A stretch of DNA of 64,000 bases from Bdellovibrionales bacterium. GTDB taxonomy: Bacteria > Bdellovibrionota > UBA1018 > CAIMNF01. Where the stretch lies: assembly GCA_947462765.1 (NCBI GenBank), contig CANHQK010000002.1:38099-102098 (forward strand), in the 5' to 3' direction. Below are positions 11,366 to 20,929 of this stretch, piece by piece. How positions within the stretch are numbered: position 1 is the stretch's first letter; each line of letters opens with the position of its first letter. The notes beneath the pieces are model-generated. The model was not told the origin of the DNA. It saw nothing but the letters and a program-made list of their open reading frames with translations, and did no database searches. Both the position numbers and the translations under genes were made by a program.

Positions 11366-11854
11366 TCAGATAAAGCGGGCGATCAGTCTTTCCAAAAAAG
11401 TCGCATCGGCGCGGGGGTGGGTGAAAAAAAAACCTCTTCTGCCGGAAATCCGTATATCAACCTGGATGGGGAGCGGAGAGTGGAGATTCTGGGCCCTCGG
11501 GGCCGAGCGTTCCTCGATCTCACGGTCACTGGCCCGGGGAAGCGTGTCGATCTCGGAATGATCGAACCAGAGCAGGAAGCATTCCTCGCACAGGTCGATC
11601 TCCGTTTTCTGATCGGCTTTGGCAATCACGGCATGGAGCATGCTCCTCGGACAGTCAGGGCAGAGTCTCCCGGATGCGAGTCCGCGTGAACGTGCATCGC
11701 GCCAGACCGTGGCGAGCAACTTCGGGTTCGAAATTTTTTGCAAAAGGCCCAATGTCACCAGCATGCCTCCGCACTGGGTGCAGCCGCGGAATTGCCCATG
11801 ATCCGTGGAGACGGCTTTCAATGTATCATTTGAACAGCCAGGGCAACGTTTCAT
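11366..11854 (-). CDS. Tandem zinc-ribbon (zf-TFIIB-like) protein
   Basis: CPGC..CTQCGG and CPDC..IDLCEECFLLWFDHSE motifs; start at MKRCPG (11854) overlapping tatD stop (TGATG). Confidence 0.75.
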   Translation of the reverse strand: MKRCPGCSNDTLKAVSTDHGQFRGCTQCGGMLVTLGLLQKISNPKLLATVWRDARSRGLASGRLCPDCPRSMLHAVIAKADQKTEIDLCEECFLLWFDHSEIDTLPRASDREIEERSAPRAQNLHSPLPIQVDIRISGRRGFFFTHPRADATFLERLIARFI

Positions 11855-12642
11855 CACGGGGTCCGGATTTGAAAACACCGGATGGAGTTCTCGTGAGTGA
11901 TTCGGGCAAGCTCCTCAAAGGGGATTCCGCGAATTTCTGCGAGTTTCAGGGCCGTATGCTTCACCATGAAGGGCTCGCACTTTTTACCGCGAAGCGGGAC
12001 CGGGGCGAGGAAGGGAGCATCTGTTTCGACCAGGAGCCGGTCGAGGGGAAGGGTCTTTGCAAGTTCGCGCAGCGGTTCCGAATTCTTGAAAGTGAGGATC
12101 CCTGAAAAGGAGATGTAAAATCCGAGTTCGATACATGCCTTGGCGAACCCATCCGTCCCTGAGAAGCAATGGATGACTCCGAGAGAGGGTCCCTGCTGTT
12201 TCGAAGCGTAGTCACGGAGCAGAGGCAGGAGGTCCTCCTCGCCATCCCGGGAGTGAATCACCACGGGTTTGCCTGCCTCCACGGCCAGGTCTAACTGGGC
12301 AGCGCACTCGGCTTGTTGTTTCTTCCTGTCCGAGTGCTCGTAGTAATAATCGAGTCCGATCTCACCGATCGCGACACACTTGGGGTGCGACAGTCTCGGT
12401 CTCATGTCGGCCAATACCGATGCATCCACCTTCGAGGCGTCGTGCGGGTGCACACCGATTGTGTGGTACACATTTGGAAACCGTTCGGAAATCTCCCGGA
12501 CGGCATCGAAGTTAGAAGGCTCCGTGCCGATGGTGATCAGGGTTCCGACGCCGGACTCCAGTGCCTCATTCACCAACTGATCGGGACCTTTTCCCCCGTC
12601 GTATTCGTAATCGAGGTGGCAATGGGTATCGATCAGGTTCAT
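11854..12642 (-). CDS. tatD: TatD family hydrolase
   Basis: IDTHCHL, GVHPH, GEIGLDY, IHSR, IHCFSG, ETDAPFLAP. Confidence 0.95.
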   Translation of the reverse strand: MNLIDTHCHLDYEYDGGKGPDQLVNEALESGVGTLITIGTEPSNFDAVREISERFPNVYHTIGVHPHDASKVDASVLADMRPRLSHPKCVAIGEIGLDYYYEHSDRKKQQAECAAQLDLAVEAGKPVVIHSRDGEEDLLPLLRDYASKQQGPSLGVIHCFSGTDGFAKACIELGFYISFSGILTFKNSEPLRELAKTLPLDRLLVETDAPFLAPVPLRGKKCEPFMVKHTALKLAEIRGIPFEELARITHENSIRCFQIRTP

Positions 12643-13808
12643 TTGGCAAGCATCCGTTCGATCAAATCAATCCAGACCCGGGTGGGAAGTCCGCCCTCGA
12701 CTTTGCGACCATTGATGAAAAAGGTCGGAGTCGACTGGACCTTGAGTGCCACACCTGCCGCTGACTCGGCCCGGATCCGATCCCCGGTCGAAGGTTGGGT
12801 CATGCAAGATTTCAGCTTATTGGCGTCGAGCCCCGAAAGATCGGCGAGGACAAGGTCCGCGATTTTGTCTTTCTGGAAATCGCCCTGGTGGCTGAACAGG
12901 CTCTCATAAGCCTCAAGGAATCTGCCTTGTTCTCCGGCACACACCGCTACAGCCGCAGCTTCGCAGGCGAAAGGGTGGATGGTGCGCTTCAGGTTCGGAT
13001 CGGTATTGCACTCGGAGGCGAGCGGAAAGTTCATGAATACAAAACGGATCTGTTTCTCATAACGCTTGAAGAGCGGGTGGATTGAATTCGCACCGACACG
13101 ACAAGCCGGACACTCGTAATCGCTGAACTTCACCACTGTGATCGGGGCATCAGTGGGACCGACCGAAAACACCGATGCGGGCAAGTTCACCGGATTCACG
13201 GGGGCGCTCAGAATGCTTTCGATATGATCCTGAAGATCGGCTGACTTGATCTCGGCCATGGGATCGAGACCTTTGGTCAGAAGAAGCGCCACCACGACCG
13301 AGGCCGCTGCCGATCCGGCTACGCGGGAAACCGGAAACGGGCGATCCGACTTGCCGGCTCCGGGCAGGGTCCAGGCAACAACGAAAAGGGCGCTGTTGAT
13401 GACGTCGATGAAGAGGCAGAGGAGGCAGAGTTTGCCAATCACTCCGACCATGATCGCGAGGTAAACCGCGGAGAACGCCAAGGACACCCCGCTGAGGCCG
13501 ATCAGCCACGGGCGCAAGGCTTTGCGAAGACCGCCATCCAAAGCGAAAAGGGCCAGAATCAGAATGAGTACATAACCGGCGATGGCGAAACCCGACAGAG
13601 GAATACCCCCCGGTAATTCGGCGAATCGGCTCATTTCAACCGCGGTGCAGTCAAACGTCGCGTTGATATTGCAAAAGCTCTTCATTTCGCCCCGTCCGCT
13701 GCGGGTCAGATGGAAGAGGCGGGTCTGCCAAATGGAGATTGCGGCACCAGCGGTTGCAAGGATTGCCAATAACGGGGTCAGTGCGGGTTTTGTTTTCTCG
13801 GTTGTCAT
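12639..13808 (-). CDS. Vitamin K epoxide reductase (VKOR) domain fused to DsbA/thioredoxin-like domain
   Basis: N-terminal TM domain with loop Cys pair (CNINATFDC..V..S) and CLLC; C-terminal FSDYECPAC, NFPL, STPTFFING. Confidence 0.88.
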   Translation of the reverse strand: MTTEKTKPALTPLLAILATAGAAISIWQTRLFHLTRSGRGEMKSFCNINATFDCTAVEMSRFAELPGGIPLSGFAIAGYVLILILALFALDGGLRKALRPWLIGLSGVSLAFSAVYLAIMVGVIGKLCLLCLFIDVINSALFVVAWTLPGAGKSDRPFPVSRVAGSAAASVVVALLLTKGLDPMAEIKSADLQDHIESILSAPVNPVNLPASVFSVGPTDAPITVVKFSDYECPACRVGANSIHPLFKRYEKQIRFVFMNFPLASECNTDPNLKRTIHPFACEAAAVAVCAGEQGRFLEAYESLFSHQGDFQKDKIADLVLADLSGLDANKLKSCMTQPSTGDRIRAESAAGVALKVQSTPTFFINGRKVEGGLPTRVWIDLIERMLAK

Positions 13809-13809
13809 A

Positions 13810-14571
13810 TCATTGGACCTTTCCGGCTTTGAACATCAGGTATTGTGCAAAAGCGAGAATCAGCATGCCACTCAGGATCTTGACCCGGTTCATCCATTGG
13901 CCGGCGCGAGGCAGCTTCTGGAGTGAGCCCGCAAAAGCCGCGATTCCGATCAGCAAGGTGCCGAGCCCCAGGGCGAAAAAAATCATGAGTCCCAGTCCGA
14001 GAATGACAGATTGGGTTTGCGCAATGAAAGCGAGGATCGCAGACAGCACCGGAGTGGTGCACGGAGCGGCAATGAATCCGGAGGATGCTCCCAAAAAAAA
14101 CGCACCGAGGAGCGTGGCCTCTTTTTCGGAGTTCCCACGGGGACCGGAGTTCAGGCCCAGGCTGCGCTTGAATCGGTCCAGAAGCGCCTGCGGGTCAAAA
14201 GGGAGCACGTCCATCATCATGAGTGCGGCCAGGGTCATGACGACGGAGAGGCCCAAATACCATCCGGAAGTGTTCGTCATGGCGCCAAAAACCTGACCCG
14301 TCAATCCAGCCAGTACCCCGAGGAAGGCGTAGATGATCGCCATCCCGAGTACATAGGCGATCCCACGCAACAGAATGCCCCTCTTGTTCCGTTCTTCGTG
14401 ATGGGTCTGGATCCCGCCCACCACTCCGATGGTGATGGGAATCATCGGATAAATGCAGGGCGTGAGACTTGAGAGGATGCCTCCGAGATAAGCCAGAGCG
14501 AGAGCGAGCAAGGCACTGCTCCAAGAGCCGGAGCTCAGCAAATTTTGAAGACTTCCAGCGAGTTGATCCAT
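13810..14571 (-). CDS. CcdA/DsbD-type transmembrane electron transporter
   Basis: SLTPCIYPMIPIT and AAPCTTPVL Cys motifs, LPRAGQWM; start taken at MDQLAG (14571). Confidence 0.88.
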   Translation of the reverse strand: MDQLAGSLQNLLSSGSWSSALLALALAYLGGILSSLTPCIYPMIPITIGVVGGIQTHHEERNKRGILLRGIAYVLGMAIIYAFLGVLAGLTGQVFGAMTNTSGWYLGLSVVMTLAALMMMDVLPFDPQALLDRFKRSLGLNSGPRGNSEKEATLLGAFFLGASSGFIAAPCTTPVLSAILAFIAQTQSVILGLGLMIFFALGLGTLLIGIAAFAGSLQKLPRAGQWMNRVKILSGMLILAFAQYLMFKAGKVQ

Positions 14572-14586
14572 GCTACTCTGTTTACC

Positions 14587-16089
14587 ATGATCCGACGATT
14601 CGTGACCAGACTTGTTTTCGTGTGGCTGTGTGTGCAAACTCTCGAGATTCCGGCGTTTTCAGCTACATTGTCGGTCCAGCTTTCAGCGGAGCCGACACAG
14701 TTCGACCCTCTGCTTCTTGAAGATGGACAAGCACTCAAGATCGCAGCCAACACCTTCGGAACTTTATTCGAGTATGATGGCAAGGGGGAGCGTTCCAAGA
14801 GTCTGGTGGAGACTTACGGAGTGTCTCGCGATCGTAAATTGTACACCTTCAAGTTCAGGAAGGGGCTGGTCTGGAGTGACGGCAAACCCTTTCATGCATC
14901 GCATTTCCTTCTTGCGGTGAAGCGCCTGGTCCAGTCGCCGATCCGGGCAGCGCTGAGTGAATTGTTTCCGGAGATCGATTTGGCCGGGTGTCGTGTGGTC
15001 GATGCCAAAACGGCCGAGATCCGCTTGAAGAAAGCGGACAACCAGTTTTTGAATTGGCTCACCTTGCCTCCTTTCGCACCCATTCGCGAGGATCTGATCG
15101 ATCGCTACACCAAAGGCAGGAATCCGGTTGCTCCCACTCTCGGAGCTTATGAAATCACCGAGTACAAGCGCGAATCGCACCTGCTCCTGAAGCGGAATCC
15201 CCGTTTCCATGCTTTCCGCCCCGAGACCATTGAGGAGGTGAAGATCCGATTTCTTCCTGAAGAAGCCTCTTTGTTGCCTTTATTCAAATCGGGCGCGGTC
15301 GATATCCTGAATAAAGTCCCGGTCCTTCAAGTCGAGGATATCGCCGAAATCGGAACGGTCCGGGATGTGGCGGTCGAGGCAGTGACCTACCTTGCTTTCA
15401 ATACTCGCAAGCCACCTTTCAATGAGCTGAAAAACCGATTGGCCGTTCGCGATGCGTTGGCCGGGTCGAAGAAAGTCGAATTGGCGCGATTGCTCAAAAC
15501 CGGTGAGCTGGCGGCCCCGACCTTTCTCCCTTCGATTTTGATTCCCTCGGGTTCTGTCCGTCGGGAGAGACTGCCTTCCGGAAACAAGGAAAAGAGTGAG
15601 TTGAGTCTGCCTTGGGTGATTCAGAGCGACATGAGCTCCCGCAACAAGACCATGCTCGAGTATGTCCAGAGTGAGATCAAGGACGAGCTCGGTTGGCGTC
15701 CGACTCTCGATCTGGTCGATTGGAAGGCTCACTACGCGCGTCTGAAAACAGAACCCGGCCAGATGTTCCGGTTTGGCTGGCAGAATCCGGTCAGCGATCC
15801 CTACGTGGTCTACCAGGTTCTAACCTCGAAGAGCCCGAACAACTTCACGGGTTGGTCGAATGCCGAGTTCGATGAGCTGGTGGAGGATCTGAGACAAGAG
15901 ATGAGGCAGGTCAAAAAATCGAAGTTGATCAGCGATATCGAATTGATTCTTTGGGAAGAGGCTCCGGTTGTCCCGTTGCTGCACCAAAGATTGAAGTTCG
16001 CATATTCCAAACGGGTTTCAGGCTTCCGTGCGAACCCGTTCGGTATAGTCGTGTTCCGTGAACTCCGTCTCACGGAAGAAAAACAATGA
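14587..16089 (+). CDS. Peptide ABC transporter substrate-binding protein (family 5, OppA-like)
   Basis: Signal peptide, YTFKFRKGLVWSDGKP, GAYEITEY, YLAFNTRKPPFN, W.N.EFDEL, EEAPVVPL; start taken at MIRRF (14587). Confidence 0.88.
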   Translation: MIRRFVTRLVFVWLCVQTLEIPAFSATLSVQLSAEPTQFDPLLLEDGQALKIAANTFGTLFEYDGKGERSKSLVETYGVSRDRKLYTFKFRKGLVWSDGKPFHASHFLLAVKRLVQSPIRAALSELFPEIDLAGCRVVDAKTAEIRLKKADNQFLNWLTLPPFAPIREDLIDRYTKGRNPVAPTLGAYEITEYKRESHLLLKRNPRFHAFRPETIEEVKIRFLPEEASLLPLFKSGAVDILNKVPVLQVEDIAEIGTVRDVAVEAVTYLAFNTRKPPFNELKNRLAVRDALAGSKKVELARLLKTGELAAPTFLPSILIPSGSVRRERLPSGNKEKSELSLPWVIQSDMSSRNKTMLEYVQSEIKDELGWRPTLDLVDWKAHYARLKTEPGQMFRFGWQNPVSDPYVVYQVLTSKSPNNFTGWSNAEFDELVEDLRQEMRQVKKSKLISDIELILWEEAPVVPLLHQRLKFAYSKRVSGFRANPFGIVVFRELRLTEEKQ

Positions 16090-16096
16090 TCGTGAA

Positions 16097-16450
16097 TCAG
16101 GCGTAAAAGCGCTTTTTCCGCTCGTTCTGTTCCTGGCAGACCACGCAATGGGTAGAAGCCGGATTGGCCAGGAGTCGTCCGGAATGAATCGGCTCCTCGC
16201 AGGTTTCGCAAAGACCGAAAGATCCGTCTTCGATCTTTTTCAGGGCGGTATTGATTTTTGCGATGCGGATTCGCTCCTGATTCCTCTGTTTCAGGATCAG
16301 GCTTTGTTGAATTTCACTTGCGGCCAGATCGGCCTCATCCGGGAGGTCATCGGACGAGATGTTGAGCTCGTTCTCGATACTCTTCCTGGAATGGGCCAGC
16401 AGGCGTTCACGTTCGGCGGATAAGGTGCTTTTGAATGTTTGTACGTCCAT
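16097..16450 (-). CDS. dksA: DksA/TraR family C4 zinc-finger transcription factor
   Basis: DEADLA (DxxDxA) coiled-coil tip, GLCETCEEPI..RL...P...CVVCQ; GGGGA SD before MDVQ start. Confidence 0.88.
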   Translation of the reverse strand: MDVQTFKSTLSAERERLLAHSRKSIENELNISSDDLPDEADLAASEIQQSLILKQRNQERIRIAKINTALKKIEDGSFGLCETCEEPIHSGRLLANPASTHCVVCQEQNERKKRFYA

Positions 16451-16748
16451 TTTAATTCCCCGGTTAAAACAGTTTCTGTGACAATCCATTCCGATTCTGA
16501 CGCAATACAGCACCCGAGGCATCCGTTTCCCGGGTTGCGCGGGCCCTTCCTTGGGCGTTTTGAAGCTCCCCGTCGGGAGCGTCAAAAATAAGTCGGTGCA
16601 CTACGGATATAAGTTTATCTAAGACCCTTCAATGGATTTAGCGTGAAGATTTCCTTGAAGGAAGCGTAAAAGTCGGTTTTTGCGCGGCGTATCGCGCCAG
16701 TCAAAAAAGAAGGGAAAATTCGTACGAAATGAGGATAAGGTAGGCGGC

Positions 16749-18191
16749 ATGAAATCCGCTTCAAAACCACGCACCGCTGTGATCATTCTCGCCGCCGGAC
16801 TCGGAAAGAGAATGGCCTCTTCATTGCCGAAAGTCCTGATTCCGGTTTGCGGTCGGCCGATGCTTTTCCAGATTCTCGATCGACTGCAGGAGGTCGCTCC
16901 CGGGACTCGTGTGAATCTCGTGGTCGGACACCAAAAGGAGCGGGTGATCGAATCGGTCAGGGCTGAAGGGTACGAGCTTAAGATCGACTATTCCGAGCAG
17001 AACGAGCAAAAGGGCACAGGACATGCAGTTCGCTGTGCGATGGAATCTGCGTGGGGAGAGGCCACTCTCAAGGCAAAAGAGGATGTTCTGGTTTTGCCGG
17101 GCGATCTTCCTTTGATCACTGTGGAACTGATCCGTGACATGCTCGAGCCGCTCAAGCGCGGATCGGCCATGCGACTCCTGACGGCGACTCTTCCCGATCC
17201 TACCGGATATGGCCGGATCGTCCGGAAGGGTAAAGCAGGATCCGTGCTCCGGATTGTCGAAGAAAAGGACGCCACACCCCGTGAAAAACTTCTGAAGGAA
17301 GTGGGTGTTTCCATTTATACCTTCGCGCCCCAATTTCTCGCCACGGGCGTCGCATCTCTCAAAAACTCCAATGCCCAGAAAGAGTACTACCTCACCGACT
17401 TGATCGCGCAAGCAGCCTCCAAAAAGAGAACCATAGAAACGCTGAGCTGGGACGCTCCGGAGGATGTCCGTGGAGTGAACAACCCCTACGAGCTTTCTCT
17501 GGCTGCCGATCTCTTGAATGCCCGTATTCTGAAAGGGCATGCCCTGAACGGGGTCCGTTTCGTTTCCTTGCACTCGTGCCGCATCGAGCCCTGTGTGAGG
17601 ATAGAAGCGGATGTCACGATTTATCCGGGTGTCATGCTGGAGGGGCAGACCCGGATCGGAAAGGGAACGGTAGTCGGTCCGAACTGCCTGCTCCGGAATA
17701 CCGTGGTCGGTGAGCAGGTCGAAGTCAAGGCGGGGACGGTTGCTGAGGATTCTGTGATCGAGAATTCGGTCAAGGTGGGGCCTTATGCTCACCTCCGCCC
17801 GGGAAGCACAGTCCGGCTCGGGGCCAAGATCGGAAATTTTGTCGAGTTGAAGAAGACCGTCATCGGTGAGCACACCTCTGTGGCCCACCTCAGTTACCTG
17901 GGAGATGCCGAGGTCGGAAAGAACGTGAATATCGGTTGCGGGTTTGTCACCTGCAATTACGATGGCCGGATCATCGACGGAAGCCGTAAGCATAAAACCG
18001 TGATCGAAGACGAAGTGTTTGTGGGGAGTGATTGCCAGACGGTGGCTCCGGTTACCCTGAAGCGGGGATCATTCATCGCTTCAGGCTCGACGATCACTGA
18101 AACAGTCGAAGAAGATGCTTTGGCCATCGCCCGATCCCGGCAGGTGGTGAAGCCGGGTTATGCTAAAAAGTTTCGTGAGCAGGGGAAGTGA
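16749..18191 (+). CDS. glmU: Bifunctional UDP-GlcNAc pyrophosphorylase / glucosamine-1-P acetyltransferase
   Basis: ILAAGLGKRMASSLPKVL, GTGHAV, GYGRIVR, EYYLTD, hexapeptide repeats, GPYAHLRP, GNFVELK, HLSYLGDA, CNYDG. Confidence 0.97.
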   Translation: MKSASKPRTAVIILAAGLGKRMASSLPKVLIPVCGRPMLFQILDRLQEVAPGTRVNLVVGHQKERVIESVRAEGYELKIDYSEQNEQKGTGHAVRCAMESAWGEATLKAKEDVLVLPGDLPLITVELIRDMLEPLKRGSAMRLLTATLPDPTGYGRIVRKGKAGSVLRIVEEKDATPREKLLKEVGVSIYTFAPQFLATGVASLKNSNAQKEYYLTDLIAQAASKKRTIETLSWDAPEDVRGVNNPYELSLAADLLNARILKGHALNGVRFVSLHSCRIEPCVRIEADVTIYPGVMLEGQTRIGKGTVVGPNCLLRNTVVGEQVEVKAGTVAEDSVIENSVKVGPYAHLRPGSTVRLGAKIGNFVELKKTVIGEHTSVAHLSYLGDAEVGKNVNIGCGFVTCNYDGRIIDGSRKHKTVIEDEVFVGSDCQTVAPVTLKRGSFIASGSTITETVEEDALAIARSRQVVKPGYAKKFREQGK

Positions 18192-20302
18192 TGGACCGCG
18201 AGCTTGACTTTGATTTCAATTTCGACTGGAATCCGGAAGAAGCGCCGGTTCGCCAGGATGACGAGCGGGCATCACCGGCATTCGTGGGTCGGTTGAATGA
18301 ACCCCAGCGTGAAGCCGTTCTGACCACCGAGGGCCCCTTGTTGGTTTTGGCGGGGGCTGGTTCCGGCAAGACCAAGATGCTGACGAGCCGGATTGCTTAT
18401 CTCGTCTCTCATATCGGGGTGCGGCCCTGGCAGATTCTGGCCGTGACCTTCACCAATAAAGCGGCTGGAGAGATGCGTGATCGCGTTTACACCCTGCTCG
18501 AGGAACAGGGGATGAACCGGCACGAGGTCCAAGGTCCGCTCGATATCGGGACCTTTCATGCCATTTGCGCGCGGATTCTGCGTCGTGAGGCTCAGCGCCT
18601 CCCCTTCACCAAGCCTTTTGTGATTTATGATGACAGCGATCAGCTGTCGCTTTTGAAGTCGATCGTCAAGCAGATGAATCTTGATGAAAAAATCTATCCG
18701 CCTAAAAGCTTCCAGTATGCGATCAACCGTCTGAAGTGTGATGCGCTCGAGCCATCCGACCCCTTGGCCAAAACGGGAAGAGGGATCGATCGGAAGCTCT
18801 CGGAAGTTTACGAGATTTACCAAAAAGCCATGATCGAGAATAACGCTCTCGATTTCGGAGAGATGATCACCCTGACTTACCGCTTGCTCCGGGATCATGC
18901 CGATATCCGTGAGAAGTACCAGCGACGCTACCGCTACATTCATGTGGATGAGTACCAGGACACCAATCGTGCCCAGTATCTGCTTCTCTCGCTTCTCGGC
19001 AGCCCTAAGCATGGCAGTCACGGCAATATCTGCGTGGTCGGCGACGAAGACCAGTCGATTTATGGATGGAGGGGGGCGGACATCCGCAACATCCTCGACT
19101 TCGAGCGGGAGTATCCGGGAGCCCATGTGGTTAAGCTCGAACAGAATTACCGATCCACCCAGACCATTGTAGAAGCGGCTTCTGCCTTGATCGCGAACAA
19201 CACTCAGCGCAAGAACAAGAAGCTCTTCAGTGAACAAGAGACAGGGGATCGCATCGTGCGGGTCCAGTGTCCGGATGACCGCTTCGAGGCGGAATGGGTG
19301 GTGCGTGAGATCAAGCGCCTGACCCAGGAATATCCGGAGTTGACGCTCGATGAGTTCGCGGTCTTCTACCGGACGCATGCCCAATCCCGTCTGGTGGAGG
19401 AGTACCTCCGCCAAGCCCGTTTGCCGTACAAGGTGGTCGGTGGGCTCAGGTTCTTCGACCGTAAAGAGATCAAAGACGTGATGGCCTATCTACGACTGGT
19501 CTACAACAGTTCTGATTCGATCTCTTTCAAGCGGATCATCAATGTCCCGGCGAGGGGAATCGGTAAGACCACTCTCGACAAGCTCGATGTTGCTTGGGGA
19601 CAGCAGGGGGCGCTCTGGGACTTTTTCTCGAGAGAGATGAGGGAGCCTTCCGTCTTTTCGGGAAAGACCCTGAAAAAGCTCCAAGAATTCAAACGTGCGG
19701 TCGATTCCTGGATCGAGGCCCAGCCTTCGATGCTGGTCAGCGAATTGTACCACCGGATTCTCGATGAGACCCGCTATGTCGAGGAACTGAAGGCCGAGGG
19801 CACCGACGAGGCGCTCGAGAGGGTCGACAACCTCGAGGAATTCAATTCGGTGGTTCTTGAGTTCGAAGAGCGAGAGCTCCAGGGACTCTCCAAAGATGAG
19901 ATCGAGAGACGTAAGCCTCTTTTGCTCGGGCGATTCCTCGAACAGACGACCCTGGCGGAGTCTCCCGATACTGATGGCGTGGCGACCAGTGTGCAACTCA
20001 TGACTTTCCATGCTTGCAAAGGACTCGAGTTTCCGGTGGTGTTCATGCTCGGAGTCGAGGAGGGGTTGTTTCCCTCTGTTCATGGGGATGAGAGCGAGGA
20101 AGAGCGGGAGGAACTCGAGGAAGAGCGGCGACTTTGTTATGTCGGCATGACCCGGGCCCGGGAGCGGCTATACATGTCCCATGCCTCGTTCCGGAGGGTG
20201 TGGGGAGATCTCCTGTACCAGTACCCTGCGAGATTCTTCAAAGAGATCCCCGAAAAGTTCGTCGAAGTCAGGGATTTTTCCAAGAATGCAGGAAGATTCT
20301 GA
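18191..20302 (+). CDS. UvrD/PcrA-family SF1 DNA helicase
   Basis: LAGAGSGKT, TFTNKAA, VDEYQDTN, VGDEDQSIYGWRGA, LEQNYRST, KGLEF, EEERRLCYVGMTRA. Confidence 0.96.
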   Translation: MDRELDFDFNFDWNPEEAPVRQDDERASPAFVGRLNEPQREAVLTTEGPLLVLAGAGSGKTKMLTSRIAYLVSHIGVRPWQILAVTFTNKAAGEMRDRVYTLLEEQGMNRHEVQGPLDIGTFHAICARILRREAQRLPFTKPFVIYDDSDQLSLLKSIVKQMNLDEKIYPPKSFQYAINRLKCDALEPSDPLAKTGRGIDRKLSEVYEIYQKAMIENNALDFGEMITLTYRLLRDHADIREKYQRRYRYIHVDEYQDTNRAQYLLLSLLGSPKHGSHGNICVVGDEDQSIYGWRGADIRNILDFEREYPGAHVVKLEQNYRSTQTIVEAASALIANNTQRKNKKLFSEQETGDRIVRVQCPDDRFEAEWVVREIKRLTQEYPELTLDEFAVFYRTHAQSRLVEEYLRQARLPYKVVGGLRFFDRKEIKDVMAYLRLVYNSSDSISFKRIINVPARGIGKTTLDKLDVAWGQQGALWDFFSREMREPSVFSGKTLKKLQEFKRAVDSWIEAQPSMLVSELYHRILDETRYVEELKAEGTDEALERVDNLEEFNSVVLEFEERELQGLSKDEIERRKPLLLGRFLEQTTLAESPDTDGVATSVQLMTFHACKGLEFPVVFMLGVEEGLFPSVHGDESEEEREELEEERRLCYVGMTRARERLYMSHASFRRVWGDLLYQYPARFFKEIPEKFVEVRDFSKNAGRF

Positions 20303-20315
20303 TTCGGTCGTCTGT

Positions 20316-20900
20316 TCAATCCAGACGCTTGAGCCAGATGTGGATATCGTGAGGCGCGGTTTCTTGTCCGCCGAAGTAAGGGTAGAGTTTGAATCCCTGC
20401 ATTTTGTTTTTTGAGCAGTTCCGGTTCATGACGACCCGCTTGCCTTTGTAATAAAAAGCGTACTTCCCGCCCTCGAGGGCGATCGTTCCTTCCGAAACCT
20501 CTCCCGGGTGAGTGGTTCCCAGGTCTTGAAATGAGTGATTCCCTTTGTGATCCACAAAGGCGAGGATCTCGATTTTTGCCGTACTCGGGTTCCAGCGCCA
20601 ACCGAAGCGGGCGCTGTTTTGTTGGGGGTCGAGGGCATTGCAATCGGTGAATCCGAAGAGTTTGTTCACGTCGAACTGGTTCTCTGGGCTTTGGGACTGA
20701 TAAATGGCGCCATCATCTAGCTTGAAGCTCACTTTCAGAGACTTCCCCTTGAAGTAACCGAGGTGAACACCGCTGCTGTGCTTGCCCTTTTTGATTTTAT
20801 AGGTCTTTCCCTGCTTGCAATAAGCCTGACTTTCCGAGGGAGTGAAGAGCAGGCAGATCGATGCCAGAAGGAGGGGGAGTGAGAAAAAGGAGCCTTGCAT
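20316..20900 (-). CDS. Secreted hypothetical protein (beta-rich)
   Basis: Signal peptide ending SQA; motifs NKLFGFTDC, NSARFGWRW, LYPYFGG..APHDI; sigma54 promoter immediately upstream. Confidence 0.75.
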   Translation of the reverse strand: MQGSFFSLPLLLASICLLFTPSESQAYCKQGKTYKIKKGKHSSGVHLGYFKGKSLKVSFKLDDGAIYQSQSPENQFDVNKLFGFTDCNALDPQQNSARFGWRWNPSTAKIEILAFVDHKGNHSFQDLGTTHPGEVSEGTIALEGGKYAFYYKGKRVVMNRNCSKNKMQGFKLYPYFGGQETAPHDIHIWLKRLD

Positions 20901-20913
20901 ACCCGACCAGGTT

Positions 20914-20929
20914 CGCAAGCTTCATGCCT
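20914..20929 (-). promoter_or_regulatory. Sigma54 (-24/-12) promoter for the 20316-20900 gene
   Basis: Minus strand AGGCATGAAGCTTGCG = GG-N10-GC with GGCA and TTGC. Confidence 0.65.

Noticed and set aside
16821..19414. Long antisense ORFs (390 aa, 380 aa) opposite glmU and the helicase
   Set aside because: Codon-bias shadows fully overlapping well-supported genes
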